A stretch of DNA of 30,932 nucleotides from a virus (lineage: Duplodnaviria; Heunggongvirae; Uroviricota; Caudoviricetes): the IMG/VR virus record IMGVR_UViG_2529293142_000025, positions 1 through 30,932 of that record; one strand, written 5' to 3'. Within the stretch, counting starts at the first letter, position 1. Every line of letters begins with the position of its first letter. Of the stretch, positions 24,884 through 30,932 are shown in pieces. The notes beneath the pieces are model-generated. The model saw nothing but the letters and a program-made list of their open reading frames with translations. It was not told the origin of the DNA and did no database searches. Made by a program: the position numbers and the translations under genes.

Positions 24884-27535
24884 ATGAGCACAAAACCACT
24901 CTTCCTTTTACGGAAAGCGAAAAAATCATCCGGTGAACCTGACGTCGTCCTGTGGGCAAGCGACGATTTTGAATCAACCTGTGCCACTCTGGACTACCTG
25001 ATCGTTAAGTCAGGTAAAAAACTGAGCAACTATTTTAAAGCTGTTGCCACAAATTTTCCTGTCGTTAATGACCTTCCCCCTGAAGGTGAGATCGATTTTA
25101 CCTGGAGTGAACGCTATCAACTCAGCAAAGACTCCATGACCTGGGAACTAAAACCGGGAGCAGCGCCAGACGACGTTCACCATCAGGAGGATGCACCGGA
25201 AACCGAAGAAGCGACGGGAGGCCAGGAAGAAAACGCGCAGGCAGACGCCCACGAGGATTGCCAGGATTGCGAAGTCTCTGTAGCCACTTTGCGGTTCACA
25301 CAGCGTCTTCTGCACATTTTTACGTATGCAGCCGGGGATCGAAAATACCTGCATCATGCCACCCGTGAACAACGCAAACACATTACTGCTCTTGAGATGG
25401 ATCAGGAAAACAGCTATGTCCAGAATCTGCTGTTGGCCATACGCAGCATGGCAGAACCGACAACTCTGGATAATGCCGCCCTGCTCCGCCTGACTGATGC
25501 AATTAAGGCAGTGTTCTCTATCACGAAAAAACATCAGCCCTATGAATTTAAGAATTTCATTTCAGCCTGGCTGGATACCGAACACATTGATCGCGGTCTT
25601 CTGACAAAAGAATGGCGAAAAGGGAATCGTGTTTCACGCATCACTCGCACGGCTTCCGGTGCTAATGCTGGCGGCGGGAACCTCACCGATCGCGGCGAAG
25701 GTTTCGTCCACGATCTGACATCACTGGCGCGCGATGTAGCCACTGGCGTACTGGCCCGTTCAATGGACGTGGACATCTATAACCTTCATCCGGCACACGC
25801 TAAACGCATTGAGGAAATTATCGCTGAAAATAAACCACCCTTTTCTGTTTTCCGCGACAAATTCATCACCATGCCTGGCGGGCTGGATTATTCCCGCGCC
25901 ATCGTGGTTGCGTCCGTGAAAGAAGCACCAATTGGGATCGAGGTCATCCCCGCACACGTCACTGAATATCTGAACAAAGTACTGACTGAAACCGATCATG
26001 CCAACCCTGATCCGGAAATCGTGGATATTGCCTGCGGTCGCTCCTCGGCCCCGATGCCGCAACGAGTAACAGAAGAAGGAAAACAGGACGATGAAGAAAA
26101 ACCACAACCATCTGGCGCAATGGCAGATGAACAGGCAACGGCTGAAACAGTGGAACCGAATGCAACTGAACATCATCAGAACACGCAGCCGCTGGATGCT
26201 CAGTCACAGGTAAATTCTGTTGATGCGAAATATCAGGAACTGCGGGCAGAACTCCATGAAGCCCGGAAAAACATTCCATCAAAAAATCCTGTCGATGCCG
26301 ATAAATTGCTTGCTGCATCACGTGGTGAATTTGTTGACGGAATTAGCGACCCGAACGATCCGAAATGGGTTAAGGGGATCCAGACTCGCGATTCTGTGTA
26401 CCAGAACCAGCCAGAAACGGAAAAAATCAGCCCGGATGCGAAACAACCTGAGCCAGTAGTGCAACAGGAACCGGAAATAGTCTGCAATGCCTGCGGTCAG
26501 ACTGGCGGGGATAACTGCCCTGACTGTGGTGCGGTGATGGGCGACGCAACATACCAGGAAACATTCGGTGAAGAGAATCAGGTTGAAGCTAAGGAAAAAG
26601 ATCCGGAGGAAATGGAAGGCGCTGAACATCCGCACAATGAGAATGCTGGCAGCGATCCGCATCGCGATTGCAGTGATGAAACTGGCGAAGTCGCAGATCC
26701 CGTAATCGTAGAAGACATAGAGCCAGGTATTTATTACGGAATTTCGAATGAGAATTACCACGCGGGTCCCGGCGTCAGTAAGTCTCAGCTCGATGACATT
26801 GCTGATACTCCGGCACTGTATTTGTGGCGTAAAAATGCCCCCGTGGACACTACAAAGACAAAAACGCTCGATTTAGGAACCGCTTTCCACTGCCGGGTAC
26901 TTGAACCGGAAGAATTCAGTAACCGCTTTATCGTAGCACCTGAATTTAACCGCCGTACAAACGCCGGAAAAGAAGAAGAGAAAGCGTTTCTGATGGAATG
27001 CGCAAGCACAGGAAAAACGGTTATCACTGCGGAAGAAGGCCGGAAAATTGAACTCATGTATCAAAGCGTTATGGCTTTGCCGCTGGGGCAATGGCTTGTT
27101 GAAAGCGCCGGACACGCTGAATCATCAATTTACTGGGAAGATCCGGAAACAGGAATTTTGTGTCGGTGCCGTCCGGACAAAATTATTCCTGAATTTCACT
27201 GGATCATGGACGTGAAAACCACAGCGGATATTCAACGATTCAAAACGGCTTATTACGACTACCGCTATCACGTTCAGGATGCATTCTACAGTGACGGTTA
27301 TGAAGCACAGTTTGGCGTGCTGCCAACTTTCGTTTTTCTGGTTGCCAGCACAACTGTTGAATGCGGACGTTACCCGGTTGAGATTTTCATGATGGGCGAA
27401 GAAGCAAAACTGGCAGGCCAGCAGGAATATCACCGCAATCTGAGGACCCTGGCTGACTGCCTGAATACCGATGAATGGCCAGCTATTAAAACGTTATCAC
27501 TGCCCCGCTGGGCTAAGGAGTATGCAAATGACTAA
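24884..27535 (+). CDS. recE: exodeoxyribonuclease VIII (RecE), C-terminal PD-(D/E)XK nuclease domain
   Basis: 883 aa; long acidic/disordered N-terminal and central region; C-terminal domain ...[34 protein letters not shown]...[14 protein letters not shown]...[16 protein letters not shown] matches the RecE nuclease domain. Confidence 0.85.
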   Translation: MSTKPLFLLRKAKKSSGEPDVVLWASDDFESTCATLDYLIVKSGKKLSNYFKAVATNFPVVNDLPPEGEIDFTWSERYQLSKDSMTWELKPGAAPDDVHHQEDAPETEEATGGQEENAQADAHEDCQDCEVSVATLRFTQRLLHIFTYAAGDRKYLHHATREQRKHITALEMDQENSYVQNLLLAIRSMAEPTTLDNAALLRLTDAIKAVFSITKKHQPYEFKNFISAWLDTEHIDRGLLTKEWRKGNRVSRITRTASGANAGGGNLTDRGEGFVHDLTSLARDVATGVLARSMDVDIYNLHPAHAKRIEEIIAENKPPFSVFRDKFITMPGGLDYSRAIVVASVKEAPIGIEVIPAHVTEYLNKVLTETDHANPDPEIVDIACGRSSAPMPQRVTEEGKQDDEEKPQPSGAMADEQATAETVEPNATEHHQNTQPLDAQSQVNSVDAKYQELRAELHEARKNIPSKNPVDADKLLAASRGEFVDGISDPNDPKWVKGIQTRDSVYQNQPETEKISPDAKQPEPVVQQEPEIVCNACGQTGGDNCPDCGAVMGDATYQETFGEENQVEAKEKDPEEMEGAEHPHNENAGSDPHRDCSDETGEVADPVIVEDIEPGIYYGISNENYHAGPGVSKSQLDDIADTPALYLWRKNAPVDTTKTKTLDLGTAFHCRVLEPEEFSNRFIVAPEFNRRTNAGKEEEKAFLMECASTGKTVITAEEGRKIELMYQSVMALPLGQWLVESAGHAESSIYWEDPETGILCRCRPDKIIPEFHWIMDVKTTADIQRFKTAYYDYRYHVQDAFYSDGYEAQFGVLPTFVFLVASTTVECGRYPVEIFMMGEEAKLAGQQEYHRNLRTLADCLNTDEWPAIKTLSLPRWAKEYAND

Positions 27536-28336
27536 GCAACCACCTATCGCAAAAGCCGATCTGCAAAAAACCCAGGGAAACCGTGCACCAGCAGCAGTAA
27601 AAATAACGACGTGATCAGCTTTATTAATCAGCCATCAATGAAAGAGCAACTGGCAGCAGCTCTCCCACGCCATATGACGGCTGAACGAATGATACGTATC
27701 GCCACCACAGAAATTCGTAAGGTTCCGGCGCTAGGAAACTGTGACACCATGAGTTTTGTCAGTGCGATCGTTCAGTGTTCACAGCTCGGCCTTGAGCCAG
27801 GTAGCGCCCTCGGCCACGCATATTTACTGCCTTTTGGTAATAAAAACGAAAAGAGCGGTAAAAAGAACGTTCAGCTAATCATTGGTTATCGCGGCATGAT
27901 TGATCTGGCTCGCCGTTCTGGTCAAATCGCCAGCCTGTCAGCCCGTGTTGTCCGTGAAGGTGACGAGTTTAGTTTTGAATTTGGCCTTGATGAAAAGTTA
28001 ATACACCGCCCGGGAGAAAACGAAGATGCACCAGTGACCCACGTCTATGCTGTCGCAAGACTGAAAGACGGAGGGACTCAGTTTGAAGTTATGACGCGCA
28101 AACAGATTGAACTGGTGCGCAGCCAGAGTAAGGCTGGTAATAACGGGCCATGGGTAACTCACTGGGAAGAAATGGCAAAAAAAACGGCTATTCGTCGCCT
28201 GTTTAAATACCTGCCTGTCTCAATTGAAATCCAGCGTGCAGTATCAATGGATGAAAAGGAACCACTGACAATCGATCCGGCAGACTCCTCTGTATTAACC
28301 GGGGAATACAGTGTAATCGATAATTCAGAAGAATAA
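27528..28336 (+). pseudogene. recT: RecT single-strand annealing protein, frame broken in an A-run near the 5-prime end
   Basis: ATG 27528 (overlapping recE stop) encodes [28 protein letters not shown]-stop (27612-27614); the main ORF 27611..28336 (VISFINQPSMKEQLAAALPRHM...) is in the next frame; one extra A in the A5 run 27599-27603 restores ...AAVKNNDVISFINQ... Confidence 0.8.
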
Positions 28337-28380
28337 TTCAGCCTGGCGGTGTAATGCACCGCCAACGTGAGACAGTTTTT

Positions 28381-28587
28381 ATGACAAAAATTATGAGATA
28401 TGACGATGTTAAACCATGTCCGTTTTGTGGTTGTCCATCTGTTACAGTGAAAGCAATTTCAGGATATTACCGGGCAAAATGCAACGGATGCGAATCCCGA
28501 ACTGGCTATGGTGGAAGTGAAAAAGAAGCACTCGAAAGATGGAATAAACGAACTACTGGAAATAATAATGGAGGTGTTCATGTATAA
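28381..28587 (+). CDS. ralR: restriction alleviation protein RalR/Lar-like, Cys4 zinc-ribbon
   Basis: MTKIMRYDDVKPCPFCGCPSVTVKAISGYYRAKCNGCESRTGYGG...; start at internal ATG 28381. Confidence 0.6.
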   Translation: MTKIMRYDDVKPCPFCGCPSVTVKAISGYYRAKCNGCESRTGYGGSEKEALERWNKRTTGNNNGGVHV

Positions 28588-28768
28588 AATAACTGCCACT
28601 ATTGAAAAAGAAGGTGGCACTCCTACTAACTGGACAAGATATTCAAAATCTAAATTAACGAAATCAGAATGCGAAAAAATGCTCTCAGGGAAAAAAGAAG
28701 CAGGCGTGTCCAGAGAGCAGAAAGTAAAGCTGATAAATTTTAATTGCGAGAAACTTCTGTCCTCGTGA
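28580..28768 (+). CDS. ydaC: YdaC-like small protein
   Basis: 62 aa MYKITATIEKEGGTPTNWTRYSK...; GGAGGTG SD 5 nt upstream. Confidence 0.55.
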   Translation: MYKITATIEKEGGTPTNWTRYSKSKLTKSECEKMLSGKKEAGVSREQKVKLINFNCEKLLSS

Positions 28769-28868
28769 GTTGCATTATATACAAATTAGAACTTCATAGC
28801 TGATTATTAAAAATCAACCACACCCGCCAGTATTCTGTATATTTACTGGCGGTCATATCGTAAGAGGT

Positions 28869-29156
28869 ATGGCAATGAATCTTGTGACACTCAAAACGTG
28901 GGGAAAACTCAGATATCCGGATAACCCACCATCAATATCAACGCTGAGACGATGGGCAAGGAATGGAAACATTTATCCTGCACCTGAACTACACGGGAGG
29001 AGTTACAGGGTGGTTCCGGAAGCTTTCTATATCAACCCAAATAAGGTTGATACCGATATAACACACCATCAGCCTAATGGGCGACAAGGGAGAGACAGTC
29101 CGTTACTGGAGAAGTTAAAACATGCAGCGGAAAAAATACGATCCCAATTTACCTAA
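28869..29156 (+). CDS. xis: excisionase (lambda Xis-like)
   Basis: ...LVTLKTWGKLRYPDNPPSISTLRRWARNGNIYPAPELHGRSYRV resembles lambda Xis; overlaps int start by 35 nt as in lambda. Confidence 0.6.
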   Translation: MAMNLVTLKTWGKLRYPDNPPSISTLRRWARNGNIYPAPELHGRSYRVVPEAFYINPNKVDTDITHHQPNGRQGRDSPLLEKLKHAAEKIRSQFT

Positions 29157-30198
29157 AAACTTAACATATCGAAGGAGGGACAAAGCATATTACTGGCGCA
29201 ACCCTCTGACGAAAGAAGAATTTACACTAGGTAAAATTTCAAGAAGAGATGCAGTAGCGCAGGCAATTGAAGCAAATCATTATATATACAAAAACTACTC
29301 TCCTGCTGCCTTAATTGAAAAACTAAAAGGGTTCGACTCATTTACTATGGCAGACTGGATTGAACGTTACAAAACGATTCTTATAAGGAGAAAAGTGTCC
29401 AGAAATACTTATAAAATTCGGGTAAATCAACTGGAGACAATAAAAGAAAAATTAGGAGGGGTTTTACTGACAGAAATAACCACTCGCCATATTGCCGAGT
29501 TTCTTGATTTGTGGATTGAAGGAGGGAAAAACACGATGGCAGGATCAATGCGTTCTGTGTTATCTGATATGTTCCGCGAGGCCATTGTTGAAGGACGTAT
29601 ATCTCAAAATCCAGTAACGCCAACAAGAGCACCGAAAATAGTAGTTACAAGAGAACGGCTGAAACTAAAGACATACAACTGCATCAGGGAGGCAGCAGAT
29701 CAACTTCCGACATGGTTCCCATTAGCTATGGACTTAGCCCTTGTAACAGGACAACGTCGCGAAGACATAACAAATATGCGGTTCAGTGAGATTTATGATG
29801 ATCGTCTCCACATCAGGCAAATTAAGACAGGAATGATGATTGCTATCCCCCTGTCACTCAGCCTTCCTGTCGCTGGTTTACGACTTGGTACAGTAGTTGA
29901 ACAGTGCCGCATGGTAAGTAGGGGGGATTATCTAATCAGTGCCGGGATTAGAAAAAACAGCCCTGACGGCAGCATTCACCCGGACGGCCTGACAAAGAAA
30001 TTTGTCGCAGCCAGAAAATTAACAGGTATCCAGTTCAGTGAAAACCCACCAACTTTTCACGAGATCAGAAGCCTGGCTGGACGATTGTACAAAGAAACAT
30101 GTGGGGAAGAATTTGCTCAACGTCTACTTGGCCACACATCGGAGAAGACAACAAAAATGTATCTTGATGAGAGAGAAAAAACGTACTTACTGCTCTGA
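29122..30198 (+). CDS. int: tyrosine integrase, lambda Int family
   Basis: 358 aa; N-terminal arm-binding-like [27 protein letters not shown] and C-terminal ...[15 protein letters not shown]...[15 protein letters not shown] align with lambda Int including the catalytic region. Confidence 0.85.
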
Positions 30199-30245
30199 TT
30201 TTAACGTAAATGGATTGTTAAATGTGTTTTGGTTGTGATATAACC

Positions 30246-30348
30246 AAAAAAGACCGGAATACAGAAATTCGAGTAAATTTCGAGTAATTTCGGGGAGACG
30301 TTTGCAACTAATTGATTTTAAATACAATTAAAAAAAGACCGAATACGA
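30246..30348. repeat. imperfect direct repeat AAAAAAGACCG(G)AATAC (30246-30263 and 30330-30348) flanking 11 bp tandem TTCGAGTAA units; candidate att core/arm sites at the prophage junction
   Basis: the second copy is the 3-prime half of the SdsR terminator; the first lies 86 bp toward int. Confidence 0.4.
30301..30328 (+). promoter_or_regulatory. sigma-70 promoter for RyeA
   Basis: TTTGCA, 16 nt spacer, TACAAT. Confidence 0.45.
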
Positions 30349-30432
30349 TTCCTGTATTCGGTCCAGGGAAATGGCTCTTGGGAGAGAGCCGTGCGCTAAA
30401 AGTTGGCATTAATGCAGGCTTAGTTGCCTTGC
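30330..30432 (-). ncRNA. sdsR: SdsR (RyeB) small RNA
   Basis: about 103 nt on minus strand starting GCAAGGCAACUAAGCCUGCAUUAAUGCC..., ending in hairpin GACCGAAUACAGGAAUCGUAUUCGGUC plus U7; sigma-S-like -10 TCTATTCTTAA just upstream; identity from memory. Confidence 0.6.
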
Positions 30433-30561
30433 CCTTTAAGAATAGATGACGACGCCAGGTTTTCCAGTTTGCGTGCAAAATGGTCAATAAAAAGCGTGGT
30501 GGTCATCAGCTGAAATGTTAAAAACCGCCCGTTCTGGTGAAAGAACTGAGGCGGTTTTTTT
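30336..30561 (+). ncRNA. ryeA: RyeA (SraC) small RNA, antisense to SdsR
   Basis: plus-strand transcript predicted from the TTTGCA/TACAAT promoter to the terminator at 30521-30561; fully overlaps sdsR on the opposite strand. Confidence 0.45.
30521..30561. terminator. bidirectional Rho-independent terminator (RyeA on plus, yebY on minus)
   Basis: hairpin AAAACCGCC...GGCGGTTTTTTT with U-tracts on both strands. Confidence 0.55.
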
Positions 30562-30590
30562 ATTGGAAATCAAAAGGCTATTTTAGGTAA

Positions 30591-30932
30591 TTAACAGAGT
30601 TTTTCAGCTCGTTCTATAAACGGTGCCAGACTCATTTTTTCGCCGGGATTGTTAGGATCATCAATCTGAATCACCGAAATGGGTTGGGCTTTAGTCTTCC
30701 CACTGGCAACTTCCTTTTGTGCGATATCGTTTAAAGGATACTGCACGAGGGTACTTGGGTTGATGACATACAAAGCATTACCCGGTCGGCAAGTCAGCAT
30801 CACCTCTTCGCGATTAAACGCCCATTTGTCTTTACCCACTTCAAAACGGCTGACGGTAATCACCTGCGGTGCAGCCAGCGCCGCTGCAGAACTGGTGAGT
30901 AACAGAAACGCCAGAATACTTTTTTTCATCAT
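30591..30932 (-). CDS. yebY: periplasmic protein YebY (signal peptide), chromosomal flank
   Basis: 113 aa with N-terminal signal peptide [20 protein letters not shown]; start codon at the window edge; gene neighbourhood ryeA/sdsR-yebY as in E. coli (from memory). Confidence 0.55.
   Translation of the reverse strand: MMKKSILAFLLLTSSAAALAAPQVITVSRFEVGKDKWAFNREEVMLTCRPGNALYVINPSTLVQYPLNDIAQKEVASGKTKAQPISVIQIDDPNNPGEKMSLAPFIERAEKLC

Noticed and set aside
25148-27433. Several minus-strand ORFs of 78-147 aa inside recE
   Set aside because: Antisense to a well-supported 883 aa gene; hydrophobic low-complexity translations typical of shadow ORFs.
24884-30198. Assuming this is the E. coli K-12 Rac prophage itself
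   Set aside because: Gene content from recE to int matches Rac, but the prophage carries complete structural and lysis modules and sits beside sdsR/yebY rather than ttcA, so it is a Rac-like relative and K-12 coordinates or annotations cannot be transferred directly.

Overview
Almost the whole window is one lambdoid, Rac-like prophage of an Escherichia/Shigella-type genome, plus its integrase-proximal chromosomal junction. On the minus strand, left to right: partial tail module (sheath- and tube-like), head module (major capsid, MuF-like, portal, terminase large and small subunits), lysis cassette (holin, membrane protein, M15 endolysin, small lipoprotein), a self-contained cargo cassette (TerB-like protein plus small membrane ORF), tRNA-Thr and tRNA-Gly, a roi/antirepressor-like gene, Q antiterminator with late promoter and terminator, nin-region genes including a hok-type toxin, Ren-, P- and O-like replication genes with iteron arrays, and ydaT/ydaS-like genes. 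On the plus strand: racR-like repressor, kilR, ydaE, racC, recE, recT, ralR, ydaC, xis and a lambda-family integrase. Right of int lie the RyeA/SdsR sRNA pair and yebY, so the prophage junction is at about 30.2-30.3 kb. No rRNA, CRISPR array or transposase was seen. I did not find one clearly novel multi-gene system; the best candidates are the cargo cassette, the coupled nin-region operon next to hok, and the repeat-containing roi-like gene. The most striking sequence-level signal is a series of reading-frame breaks at short homopolymer runs in otherwise intact genes (recT, racR-like repressor, lysis lipoprotein, a head-assembly gene, possibly the O/P junction). Protein family names come from reading the translations and from memory, not from database searches. 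Coordinates I derived by hand may be off by 1-2 nt; those from the ORF track are exact.
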